Of a DNA stretch of 64,000 nucleotides, positions 49,994 to 59,334 are shown one piece after another. This DNA is from an uncultured Desulfosarcina sp. (GTDB lineage Bacteria; Desulfobacterota; Desulfobacteria; Desulfobacterales; Desulfosarcinaceae): contig CAXXWQ010000001.1 in NCBI GenBank assembly GCA_963674945.2, positions 256,001 to 320,000 on the forward strand, read 5' to 3'. Below the pieces are notes generated by a model, which was given only the letters and a program-made list of their open reading frames with translations, had not been told where the DNA came from and searched no databases. Made by a program: the position numbers and the translations under genes. Positions within the stretch are counted from its first letter, which is position 1, and every line of letters begins with the position of its first letter.

Positions 49994-50773
49994 ATGATCA
50001 CCATTACCATCGACGGCACGGACTACCTTTGTCAGGAGGGCCAAACCGTTCTTGCGGTAGCCCGGGAAAACGATATCGACATTCCGACCCTCTGTTTCCA
50101 CCCGGCTCTCAAACCATCCGGATCTTGCAAGCTGTGCGCGGTACAGGTCCAGGGAAGGACGAGTGGAAAGCCAATCGCCATGCTCTCTTGTATCCTGAAA
50201 GTCAAGGAGGGGCTGGAAGTCAAAACCTACGGCTCCATTGTGGATGCGGCGCGGACCGCCGCCTTTGCGAATCTGCTTCGCATGGCACCGGAATCGAAAC
50301 GGTTGCGGGAAATGGCAGCCGCCCATGGCGTCGATATGGGACCACCGCCCGACGGTTGTGTCCGCTGTCGTCTATGCATTCGGGTCTGCAAGGAAATTGT
50401 AGGGGCCGATGCATTGAAAATGAAGAAAATAGACGGGATCTCCTTCGTCGTGGCCGAACCGGATCGCTGCATCGGCTGCGGCACCTGCGCAAATATCTGT
50501 CCCACCAATGCCATTCGCATCGAAGATCAGGATAATGTGCGAACCATTTCGATCCGGGACGAAACCATCGGGAAACATCCCCTGGAGCGCTGTGAGGGAT
50601 GCGGCCGATGGTTTGCTACCACCCGGTTCATGGATTTCATTCACCAGCGAACGGAACCGCACCCCCATGTAAAAGAGGAACACCGATATTGCCACACCTG
50701 TGCCAAACTTTTTTCCGACCGGGCGCGTGCCGCTTTCGACCATACGGTGAAGACGACCATGCCCGGACACTGA
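49994..50773 (+). CDS. [2Fe-2S] + 2x[4Fe-4S] protein (NuoG/HoxU N-terminal-like)
   Basis: IPTLC...GSCKLC...LSC; CVRCRLCIRVC; CIGCGTCANIC; CEGC...CHTC. Confidence 0.88.
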   Translation: MITITIDGTDYLCQEGQTVLAVARENDIDIPTLCFHPALKPSGSCKLCAVQVQGRTSGKPIAMLSCILKVKEGLEVKTYGSIVDAARTAAFANLLRMAPESKRLREMAAAHGVDMGPPPDGCVRCRLCIRVCKEIVGADALKMKKIDGISFVVAEPDRCIGCGTCANICPTNAIRIEDQDNVRTISIRDETIGKHPLERCEGCGRWFATTRFMDFIHQRTEPHPHVKEEHRYCHTCAKLFSDRARAAFDHTVKTTMPGH

Positions 50774-50776
50774 CAG

Positions 50777-50817
50777 GTGCCCATCCATAAATGACAAATT
50801 TGCCCGATATCTACGTT
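50777..50817. repeat. Truncated family B element, inverted relative to 49258-49400
   Basis: GTGCCCATCCATAAATGACAAATTTGCCCGATATC is the reverse complement of 49365-49399 at 32/35 positions. Confidence 0.75.
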
Positions 50818-50847
50818 AGAATTAAAACTCTTATAAATTTCAAACAA

Positions 50848-50913
50848 TTAAAATCATCCCACAAAAAAAGCCCCTTCCATTGGGAAGGGGCTTTTTTTGT
50901 GGGATGATTTTAA
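50848..50913. terminator. Bidirectional terminator within a perfect 31-bp inverted repeat
   Basis: TTAAAATCATCCCACAAAAAAAGCCCCTTCC-attg-GGAAGGGGCTTTTTTTGTGGGATGATTTTAA, lying between convergent genes. Confidence 0.85.
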
Positions 50914-50914
50914 A

Positions 50915-51811
50915 CTATACGTCCAGCCAGCTATCCGAATAGAGGGTTTTTCCCATGATGACGTCCACGGTCTTGGCGTAGTCCAGCATCTCCTTGGAAA
51001 GACTAGCGCGATCGGGCTCGGTGCCGTCGAGCATGCCGTAGATCAGATCCACGATGTCCTGTCGTTCGCCCTTGGCGATGGCCGTTAGTTGCTCGTCCCG
51101 AGGATCGGAGATGACCGATTCCATGCCGCACTTTTGCAGCATGACCATGTAGGTCTGGTTCAGGATCGGACGCAGGTGTTCGGGCGGTCCGTTGGAGATA
51201 TTGGAGAGGCCGCAGGTGCTTTTGGCGCCCGGCGACATATCCGGAATCATCTTCTGGAATTCCATGAGGCTGATGGCTTGGGGCTGTTGGATGTTCACCG
51301 GGGTCACGATGCCGTCCACCCAGATCTTCTCGTTGGGGATGCCGGCTTCGTTGGCGAAGTAGAGCAATTCCACGCACAGGGCGGCGCGTTCGTTTTCGTC
51401 ACGGGGAAGGCCTTCCGGACCCCACATCAGGGCGATGAAGTCCGCATTGTATTCGGCGGCCATGGGAACCATGCGCTCATAGCGTTCGGGACGGCACATG
51501 ATGGAATTGATGATGTGGGGGGTGCCGGCGGGAACCTGCTTGATCACCTTCAAGGCCGCCTCGATGGCATCGATATTGGACGTGTCCAGGGCCAGCGGAA
51601 TGTCCGGCACCACTTCCTGCACCACCTCCACGACCCAGGGCATCAACTCGTGGCCGTCCTTTTTGGCCGGACCCAGGTTGATGTCGATGTAGTCCATCCG
51701 TTTTTCTTTCTGGAAGATGGCCTCTTCCTGGATCGGCTTGGGATCACGCTCCTTGAAGGCGCGGCCGATCTTCGTGGAAATTACATTTAGACTTTCGCCG
51801 ATGAGTAACAT
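50915..51811 (-). CDS. acsE: Methyltetrahydrofolate:corrinoid Fe-S protein methyltransferase
   Basis: Pterin-binding barrel with IGESLN, DINLG, LDTS and GLSNISNG; last gene of the acs cluster. Confidence 0.9.
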   Translation of the reverse strand: MLLIGESLNVISTKIGRAFKERDPKPIQEEAIFQKEKRMDYIDINLGPAKKDGHELMPWVVEVVQEVVPDIPLALDTSNIDAIEAALKVIKQVPAGTPHIINSIMCRPERYERMVPMAAEYNADFIALMWGPEGLPRDENERAALCVELLYFANEAGIPNEKIWVDGIVTPVNIQQPQAISLMEFQKMIPDMSPGAKSTCGLSNISNGPPEHLRPILNQTYMVMLQKCGMESVISDPRDEQLTAIAKGERQDIVDLIYGMLDGTEPDRASLSKEMLDYAKTVDVIMGKTLYSDSWLDV

Positions 51812-51972
51812 TCTCTCACATCCTTTCTTTGTTCGGCATCATGTTCCGGCCATGATGTGCAGGCCACGAATGACGCGATTGCCTATGAATGGCCGGCATA
51901 CCGGCCAGGAAACGAGGATCGGGATGGACAAAAATGTTCCAGTCCATCCCGATCCGTAAGATCAACTATCGG

Positions 51973-53310
51973 TTACGCTTTGAGGAAGCCGGGAATGTGC
52001 GCGGCTTCCCGGGGACCCACGGTGATGGTCCAGCCGGGCAACTCCTCTTCCACGTCGCCTACGATGGCGGCGGCATAGCCGGGAATGACGATTTCCTGAT
52101 GTTTGATCTTGTCGGTGATGCCGCATTTTTTCACGAACATGCCCACATCGTCGCCGGCGAACTTTCCGGCGGCCCAGGCGGTGAGGACGGAGAGACCCTC
52201 GGAGTCCTTGATGAGCAGCCAGACAGGCTCCTTGCTGGCCTCGACCTCACCGGACACGATGAAGTAGGTGAGGGCGAAGTTTGTGGTCACCAGCACCCTG
52301 GAGTTCTCGTCGGGGTTGTTGATGGGATAGATGCCCTCGGTGACGGTCATGGGCCGTTGCGGATCGGTGAAGATGTTGAGTCGCTCCAGCAGAAGCGGGA
52401 AGATCGATTCACCGGAAAAATCGGACATCACCACGATTCCGCCGTATTTTGCCACATACATGGCGCCGAGCATTGTCTCCACGTCCAGATTGGAGGCCAT
52501 CTCACAGGGAAAAGCGATGGTGGGAAAACCGACGGTGCGGTTTCCGTCCTTCAGGGCCGCACGGCGGAGGGCGATCATGTCCTGGTGAGATTGTTTGGGT
52601 TCCCGGGAGCCCGGATCCAGTACCAGGTCCTTGAGGCCCATGCCGGTGAGTTTCTCCGCCAGGGCGGGCAGGCCATCGATGGAGGCGGCTTTGACACCCA
52701 GTGGCAGATTGTTTTCTTTGGCGATGGTGCCCATGGCGTCGGCGTTGGCTTCGGTTGCACCGTACAGCAGGGGTCGCTTGAACCCGCAGGCCGCGACGCC
52801 GGCCTTCATGACCTCTGGATCCTCACTCATGAGAATCACGTTGAACTCCGAGGTCTCGGCAATCTGTTTGGCCACGGCGGCGAATGCCTCGGCGTTTCCG
52901 TTCGCATCCTTCACGGCCACCAGCTCCGGCCGCAGGTTCAGCCCCACACGTTCAAACTGCAGGGCATTCCAGGCCTTGAGTTTGGCAGTAAGGTCGGCGG
53001 CGGCGATGTCGCTGCCCACCTGGGTTGCCAGAAGGGTCGGATTGTAGAAGGTCTTTTCATGGCGATACTGAACGGTCTCACCGCCGGTCGTGGCTTTGCG
53101 CACGCCGGCACCGACCACGACGGGACGAATTGGGGGAGCCGAGGCTTCGGAAAGTTGGGCCCGGGCTTCTTCGGAAACGTATGGGCAGCTGTCCAGCTCG
53201 GCTTTGCCCGACGCCAGGTTCATGGCGAAGGCAAGGCAGGTGGGGACCCCACACTCCTTACAATTGGTCTTGGGCAACAGTTTGAAAATCTGAATACCGG
53301 TTAATGCCAT
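51973..53310 (-). CDS. acsC: Corrinoid Fe-S protein large subunit (gamma)
   Basis: LPKTNCKECGVPTCLAFAM, RHEKTF, TDPQRP and VLTAWAAGKF. Confidence 0.95.
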   Translation of the reverse strand: MALTGIQIFKLLPKTNCKECGVPTCLAFAMNLASGKAELDSCPYVSEEARAQLSEASAPPIRPVVVGAGVRKATTGGETVQYRHEKTFYNPTLLATQVGSDIAAADLTAKLKAWNALQFERVGLNLRPELVAVKDANGNAEAFAAVAKQIAETSEFNVILMSEDPEVMKAGVAACGFKRPLLYGATEANADAMGTIAKENNLPLGVKAASIDGLPALAEKLTGMGLKDLVLDPGSREPKQSHQDMIALRRAALKDGNRTVGFPTIAFPCEMASNLDVETMLGAMYVAKYGGIVVMSDFSGESIFPLLLERLNIFTDPQRPMTVTEGIYPINNPDENSRVLVTTNFALTYFIVSGEVEASKEPVWLLIKDSEGLSVLTAWAAGKFAGDDVGMFVKKCGITDKIKHQEIVIPGYAAAIVGDVEEELPGWTITVGPREAAHIPGFLKA

Positions 53311-53418
53311 ACTCTTCTCCTTGTCTGTATGGCCAATTCGCCCGGCCCGATGGGCCGGGGAATCGGTTCATCTGTTAAGTGGGCCGGGCGTGTTTTGCCC
53401 GGTCCGTCGTAAGGTCGG

Positions 53419-55635
53419 TTATCCGCCGATGAGCGGATCCATGGACAGGGCCGGATGACCTTTTTCCTGGAGGAAGGGCAGGATCTCCTCCTCGGTGATG
53501 CCCACGGTTTCATCGGCAATCATGTCGTAAAAGTTGGGAATACCCATATCTTCGCCGGCTTTGATCAGACGCTCCTTGATCTCTTCCTTGAGGATCTTGG
53601 GCATCCAGACCATGCGTTTCAGGCCACCGTCACCCTTGATGAACTTCTTCTGGGTGATATTGAACTTGGAGTGTCCCACGAAACCCGGGGACGAAGCGCC
53701 ACCGCCCATGACGCCGGCCAGGGTGGTGAACTTCATGCCGCAGGGGGTCTCCCCGGCGTAGTCACGGCCCACGGTCATGACTCCGTTGCACGAGGGCAGC
53801 ATGGCGGCGATGCACTCGCAGCAGCCGCAGGTGGTCATGGGATCGATGACCATGGAGTAAAAGTTGTAGTGGGTTACGGCGCCGCGGGAGGCCTTGTAGA
53901 CGAAGTCGTTGACGCCTTTCCACTGGCCCAGCACCGGATCGATGCACTCGCCCTTTTCGATTGGCTGGTTGGGACCGGTGGGGTTGATCTCGTAGGAGGC
54001 CTTGCAGTCCATCCAGTTGTAGGCGCCGCACAGACCGGTCCGTTCGGGGCTGACCGAACAGACGTGGTTGGGTGCGAAAGACTGGCACAGGGTGCAGGAG
54101 TAGTAGATCTCAACATCCTCGTCGGTCATCTTCTCCACACGCTCGTCGCGCATCTTGTACTCGGCACGGGCGCGTTCGGTCAGCTTGGCCACGTCGTCCT
54201 TCTTGGTCTTCAGCGTCACCTGAACCTTATCGAGGATCTTGCCGAAGTCCTGGTGGAACTTGGCATGCAGTACCACGCCGATATCCTTGAGGGTGAAACC
54301 CTTTTCCATGGCGCCCTTGCTGATGCGGATCCAGCTGATGTCGCGCTGACCGATGTGCATGATGCCCTGGATGTAGTTGACCAGGTGGTGGATCTGACGT
54401 TCCAGGATCGGTTCGAAATCCGGTTGCATCTCGCGGCCGGCCACCTGGATGAAGATGCCCAAGGGGAAGGTTTCGCCTTCCTTGAGATCGGTAATGTCCT
54501 TACCGTCGATGATGACCTTGCCGTCTTCGATTTCGTTCATCTCGGCCATCTTGACCAGTTCGGTGCATTGGGTTTTGCCGCCGCCGCATTGGGCATGCAG
54601 GTCGGCGCCGCGTACACGCTCACCCTCGTAAGCCGGACCGAAGGCCAGTGGGATATTGATGTCGGAGACGATGGTCTTCAGACCACGAACCTCGACCGAT
54701 TTCTGGCAGATTTCATCGTGGGGCACGTTGGCGACGACGTGCTCGTAAGTACAGATACCCGTTGGCAGGATCTCGGGAATGTCCGTGTCGGCCAGGGTCG
54801 GAAAACCCCAGTTGACACAGCCGGCGGCGGCCACGCCCCATTCGGTGCCGATGTCGCCAAGGGCGTTGACGAAGGCGAAGATTCGATCCTTGTTGTAGAG
54901 CAGGATCTTCTTGTAATCGCCGGGTTTCACGCCACCGAATGCCATGGCGGCGCGGTTGGCGAAACCGAGGGCGAAGACGGCGGAGCTGATGTCCGGACCA
55001 AAGGGAACGATACGGGTGTTCCATCCGATCTGGACCCCCTGATCCAGCAGCTGCTGGATCACCGAGGTGCCGTTATGATTGGCCGCACAGAAGATGTAGA
55101 GGCTTCGTTTCTGGTAATCTTCGACGATAGCCTTGGCAATCTCCGGTGTGGGTGCTGCGCCGACCACGGCGGCAAAACCGGGGGCCGAGCCGTCCACGAA
55201 CTCCACGCCGCGTTTTCGCAGGATGGTGTCGTCGGCCGGGCCCACCCAGATCTTTCCTGCATCGATGTCCGGGTCTTCTTCAGGGATGTAGAAGTCCGGT
55301 TGGTCCAGGATGCGCAGGGCTTCCATGATCTCGTAGGAGAAGATGGCAGCCATGCCGGCGTCCAGCAGGGGGCCAAGGTAGGGCAGGTGGTTTTTTCCCT
55401 TAATATGGGGGGGCAGAAGGCCCCGTGCAAAATCAAGGGGTTTTTTCAGGTCTTCCAGCGTCTCCACCTTCATGCCGGTCAGCGAATAGATCACCGGCAG
55501 GTAGTAAGCCGTATTGGGAAAACCGATCTTGGTATCGGCGTTGTAGGTGGCCAGCGCCTTTTTGTACATCCCTTCAGCGGTGGAAACCACCTTGTATCCA
55601 CCCTGAATGGCGGCAAATGCGACTAATTTAGACAT
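53419..55635 (-). CDS. acsB: Acetyl-CoA synthase
   Basis: FPNTAYYLP, YSCTLCQSFAPNHVC, GLCGA and PMTTCGCCEC A-cluster motifs. Confidence 0.96.
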   Translation of the reverse strand: MSKLVAFAAIQGGYKVVSTAEGMYKKALATYNADTKIGFPNTAYYLPVIYSLTGMKVETLEDLKKPLDFARGLLPPHIKGKNHLPYLGPLLDAGMAAIFSYEIMEALRILDQPDFYIPEEDPDIDAGKIWVGPADDTILRKRGVEFVDGSAPGFAAVVGAAPTPEIAKAIVEDYQKRSLYIFCAANHNGTSVIQQLLDQGVQIGWNTRIVPFGPDISSAVFALGFANRAAMAFGGVKPGDYKKILLYNKDRIFAFVNALGDIGTEWGVAAAGCVNWGFPTLADTDIPEILPTGICTYEHVVANVPHDEICQKSVEVRGLKTIVSDINIPLAFGPAYEGERVRGADLHAQCGGGKTQCTELVKMAEMNEIEDGKVIIDGKDITDLKEGETFPLGIFIQVAGREMQPDFEPILERQIHHLVNYIQGIMHIGQRDISWIRISKGAMEKGFTLKDIGVVLHAKFHQDFGKILDKVQVTLKTKKDDVAKLTERARAEYKMRDERVEKMTDEDVEIYYSCTLCQSFAPNHVCSVSPERTGLCGAYNWMDCKASYEINPTGPNQPIEKGECIDPVLGQWKGVNDFVYKASRGAVTHYNFYSMVIDPMTTCGCCECIAAMLPSCNGVMTVGRDYAGETPCGMKFTTLAGVMGGGASSPGFVGHSKFNITQKKFIKGDGGLKRMVWMPKILKEEIKERLIKAGEDMGIPNFYDMIADETVGITEEEILPFLQEKGHPALSMDPLIGG

Positions 55636-55675
55636 ATCGTATTCCTCCTTCGTTGAGGATATAGTTGAGAGTCAA

Positions 55676-57709
55676 TTACGCGTCCAGGGCCTGACGGTCG
55701 GCCATATCCATGAGGACGCGCTCCCTGGCCTTGTCGATGCCCAGTTCCTTGCGTTTTTTGTCGATGTGGGCGATCATCAGTTGGGCGTGTTTGATCGGAT
55801 CGGGTTCGATATCCCACATACCGCCGTAGATCTTTTCATAGTCCTTGGAGATGTGATCGTGGAACACCGGCGCACCGGAGGTGGGCAGGGTAACGCCGAA
55901 GACCGTATACACACCGGAAACAACGAAGTAATGGCCGATGGAGATGGCCTTCTCGCTCATCCATTCGGGTGCGCTGCCGGCTGCCGGCAGGTCGCAGATG
56001 TCTTTGCCCAGCCCGCCGGCCTTGACCACTTCGGTGGCCGCCAGCAGGATGCGGCTGTTGTCTACACAGGACCCCAGGTGCAGAACCGGCGGTATACCCA
56101 CGACCTCGCAGACTTCGGCCAGGCCCGGGCCACAGTGTACGGCGGCGGATTCCGGGGTCAGCAGGCCCGCCATGGCGCAGGCAATGCCGTTGCAGCCGGT
56201 AGTCAGAACGATGACGTCGTTTTTGATCAGTTCCTTGACGACCTCTATGTGAGCCTCGTTATGACGGGTACGGGCGTTGTTGCAGCCCACTACGCCGGCG
56301 ATGCCGCGGATGCGGCCGTTGATGATGTTGTCGTTGAGGGTGTAGTAGCTGCCGCGGAAGGTGCCGCCCAAATGATACTGGATCGATTCCACGCCGAAAC
56401 CGGCGATCTGGGTGCATTTGTGGCGGGGGATCATCACTTCGCTACTGCGGTTTTGGAAATTGTCGATACCCATTCGTACGATCTTTTCGGCGTCTTCCAG
56501 GGCGTAGTGCTCGTCAAATTCGATGTGGATCACATTGTCCTGCTCCATCTTGGCGATGGGGTGGGTGGTGATCAGTTTTGTGTGGAAACACTTGGCCACA
56601 TTGGCCAGGTTCTGCATGATACATTGGATGTCCACGACCATGGCATCGCAGGCGCCGGTGATGATGGCCAGTTCCTGGGACAGGAAGGTGGTGGCCGACG
56701 GGATGCCGTGGCGCTGCAGGATTTCGTTGGCCGTACAGCATATGCCGCTCAACTGGATGCCCTTGGCGCCCTTGGACTTGGCGTATTCGATGATTTCCGG
56801 TTTCTGGGACACGGCCACGATCATCTCGGAGAGTACCGGCTCATGGCCGTGGACGACGATATTGACGTGGTCTTCCTTCATGACGCCCAGGTTGGCCTCG
56901 GATTGCAGGGGGTAGGGGGTGCCGAAGAGCACGTCCTGGAGGTCGGTGGCCAGCATGGAACCGCCCCAGCCGTCGGCGATGGCGGCGCGGGTCCCCTGTT
57001 TCATCAGGTTTTTATAATCCTGGTCCACGCCCATGTGGGTGCGGTGCATGATTTCGACGATTTCGCGGTCGATATTTCGCGGAATCACGCCGTTTTTCTT
57101 CCATTTTTCGTACAGCGCTGCCGGGGCGCGTTTGGCGAAGAGCAGTTCGCCTTCGTATTTGCCCCATTCATTGAGGGCCTTTTCGGCCACTTCCAGGGCG
57201 ATTTCATCGATGTCGCGGTCCTTGACCTCGCCGTTCACCTCGACGGTAGTTGCGACTTCCAGGAACGGGGCAATTTGCAGCAGCTTGTTGGTGTCTTTGA
57301 TTTTGTAGGCGTCGGTCTCCTTACGAGCGGCCGACATGAAAACCTCGGCCACGCAGCGGCCGTGGTCGGAGTGAGCGGAGGCGCCGCCGGCGATCATGCG
57401 GATGAAGTTACGCGCGGCGATTGTGTTGGCCGTGGCGCCACACAGGCCTTTGCGGGTATCTTCGCCTTCGATGCCACCCTTGGGAAGGGGCAGGCGGCAG
57501 GGACCCATCGAACAATTTTTACAGCAGATGCCCTGAACACCGATGTTACAGGGTTTCATTTGAACGGCGCGGTCGTAGACCGTATCGATGCCCAATTTCT
57601 GGGCCCGGACGATCATTTCCTGGCTGGCCGGGTCTATGGTGGCGGCGATGGGATCGGCCACTTTTGGGTCCGCGGCTTTTTTCGCGACTGGTTTTTTAAT
57701 TTCTGCCAT
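55676..57709 (-). CDS. cooS: Anaerobic Ni-Fe carbon monoxide dehydrogenase
   Basis: CCKNCSMGPC, GASAHSDH, HGHEP, GICCTANE, VGCNN, GSCVDNSR and APEWMSEKA. Confidence 0.96.
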   Translation of the reverse strand: MAEIKKPVAKKAADPKVADPIAATIDPASQEMIVRAQKLGIDTVYDRAVQMKPCNIGVQGICCKNCSMGPCRLPLPKGGIEGEDTRKGLCGATANTIAARNFIRMIAGGASAHSDHGRCVAEVFMSAARKETDAYKIKDTNKLLQIAPFLEVATTVEVNGEVKDRDIDEIALEVAEKALNEWGKYEGELLFAKRAPAALYEKWKKNGVIPRNIDREIVEIMHRTHMGVDQDYKNLMKQGTRAAIADGWGGSMLATDLQDVLFGTPYPLQSEANLGVMKEDHVNIVVHGHEPVLSEMIVAVSQKPEIIEYAKSKGAKGIQLSGICCTANEILQRHGIPSATTFLSQELAIITGACDAMVVDIQCIMQNLANVAKCFHTKLITTHPIAKMEQDNVIHIEFDEHYALEDAEKIVRMGIDNFQNRSSEVMIPRHKCTQIAGFGVESIQYHLGGTFRGSYYTLNDNIINGRIRGIAGVVGCNNARTRHNEAHIEVVKELIKNDVIVLTTGCNGIACAMAGLLTPESAAVHCGPGLAEVCEVVGIPPVLHLGSCVDNSRILLAATEVVKAGGLGKDICDLPAAGSAPEWMSEKAISIGHYFVVSGVYTVFGVTLPTSGAPVFHDHISKDYEKIYGGMWDIEPDPIKHAQLMIAHIDKKRKELGIDKARERVLMDMADRQALDA

Positions 57710-57768
57710 CAGAGGTTCCTCCTCGTATTGATTTCGGCAAAGGTTAACGATTTTTTCATAAATATAGC

Positions 57769-59334
57769 TTAGTAGAGCGGGACACGCCGGTGAACCCAGT
57801 TCAACTTTTCGATAATCTTTTCGGCTTCGGTCTTCTGCACGGCGGCGGCGGTCATGGAGATGACATTGTCGGCTTCCGTTGATTTACGCCCGGCGGCCAT
57901 TTTCTCACGCTCGGCGGCGCGTTTTTGGCGAAGTGTATCTTCTGCGGCCTGGCGTTCGGCGGCCGCTTTGGCTTCGGCCTCTTTTTCCGCCTTGACCTTT
58001 GCTTCGACGTCTGCCTTGGCCTTTGCCTCTGCGTCTGCTTTGGCCTTTGCCTCGGCGTTCGCCTTGGCCTTTGCTTCGGCCTCGGCCTTTGCTTTTGCAT
58101 CTGCTTCGGCCTTGACGGCGGCTTCGGCTTTGGCCTTTGCTTCGGCTTCGGGATCGACTGCCGGTGCGGCCGGGGCAGCGGCCGGTGCCGGTTCGGCTTT
58201 CTTCTCAACGGCCGGTGCAGCCGGTGCAGCGGGTTTTGCGGCGGCCGGTTTCGCAGCTGCCTTGGCTGCCGGTTTGGGTGCCTTTTTCTCTTCCTCAATG
58301 GTCAGGTCCGGCGCCGGTGCCAATGCGGCCAGATCCACGTTTACACCTTCCAGTTTCTTGGCGATGGGGGCAAGATCGGCCAGACTGCCACCGTCCATTG
58401 CCACGTCGATGAAGGCCTTGACCATTCGGATGGATTCCGGATGGCGCATGATGAGGATGTCGGAGCCGGCCATCAGGTAGGTGACGGCACCCACGGCTTC
58501 CATGAGAATGCCGCGTTTTTCCGGATCACCCAAGGTCGGCGCCTCGTCCACGGTTTGTTTGGCTTCCTTGCACTTCCAGACCTCGTTGGCCAGGTTATTG
58601 ATGATGGGCATCTGCAGCTTATCGTCACCCTGGGCCATGGCGGCCATTCGCAAACGTTCCATGACCGAGTAGGAGTACTCGAGACCGTAACCCAGACCAC
58701 CGGTCGTGGGGTCGATGATCACCCGATCCATGGGCATACCCAGGTTCTCCAACAGGATGTTGACCTGCTTGGCAAGGTTGACGTCGATGGGAGAGGAACT
58801 GATGATGGCATGACCGTAGCCCATGGCTGCGGCGCCGATACCCTTGTGGTTCTTGTCTTCCACCGGGCCCAGAACCAACTGGACATCCTGACAGTCCTCT
58901 GCGATCTTTTTGAGGACAGCCTCGTCCTTTTCATGGTTGGCCACACCCCAGACGACCAGGGGAACATCGATGGCAGAGAGCACCTTTTTCACCGTCGCCG
59001 ATGCATCCGCCGGACTGGCGTTGTTGCCATTGGGGTCGGTGCTCTTCAACTGGAGGACGATGATTTCGGCGCCGTACTCCTCCACGCATTTTTTTGCCCA
59101 TGCGGCCGGGTCGGAAACCACATCCTTGAACGGCTCCAATGCTGCTGCTGCCCACTCTTCGGGCTCCATGTCCCAAATTTCCATGGCGATCTTCGGTTTG
59201 TTGGGCATTTTCCCCTCAAACTGATAGAGTGGATAGCAGGTTTCGCCACCAACGGTAACAGCCTTGTCACCCGAGCCGATGGAGATTGCCTTTATCTCAC
59301 CTGCATAGGATTCTTTATAGAATTCAAAAGTCAA
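57769..59334 (-). CDS. acsD: Corrinoid Fe-S protein small subunit (delta) with a long Ala/Lys/Glu/Pro C-terminal extension
   Basis: TTG start with AAGGAGG RBS; SPIDVNLAKQ, DPTTGGLGYGLEYSY and MRHPES. Confidence 0.93.
   Translation of the reverse strand: MTFEFYKESYAGEIKAISIGSGDKAVTVGGETCYPLYQFEGKMPNKPKIAMEIWDMEPEEWAAAALEPFKDVVSDPAAWAKKCVEEYGAEIIVLQLKSTDPNGNNASPADASATVKKVLSAIDVPLVVWGVANHEKDEAVLKKIAEDCQDVQLVLGPVEDKNHKGIGAAAMGYGHAIISSSPIDVNLAKQVNILLENLGMPMDRVIIDPTTGGLGYGLEYSYSVMERLRMAAMAQGDDKLQMPIINNLANEVWKCKEAKQTVDEAPTLGDPEKRGILMEAVGAVTYLMAGSDILIMRHPESIRMVKAFIDVAMDGGSLADLAPIAKKLEGVNVDLAALAPAPDLTIEEEKKAPKPAAKAAAKPAAAKPAAPAAPAVEKKAEPAPAAAPAAPAVDPEAEAKAKAEAAVKAEADAKAKAEAEAKAKANAEAKAKADAEAKAKADVEAKVKAEKEAEAKAAAERQAAEDTLRQKRAAEREKMAAGRKSTEADNVISMTAAAVQKTEAEKIIEKLNWVHRRVPLY

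Noticed and set aside
49365..50811. Composite transposon bounded by inverted 35-bp ends around the CBS and Fe-S genes
   Set aside because: The left end belongs to a complete dispersed repeat (49258-49400). No transposase or target duplication was seen, so independent repeat copies explain it.
57960..58150. CRISPR-like or non-coding tandem repeat
   Set aside because: The 24-nt degenerate repeats have no spacers and encode the AcsD tail. No CRISPR array was seen anywhere in the window.
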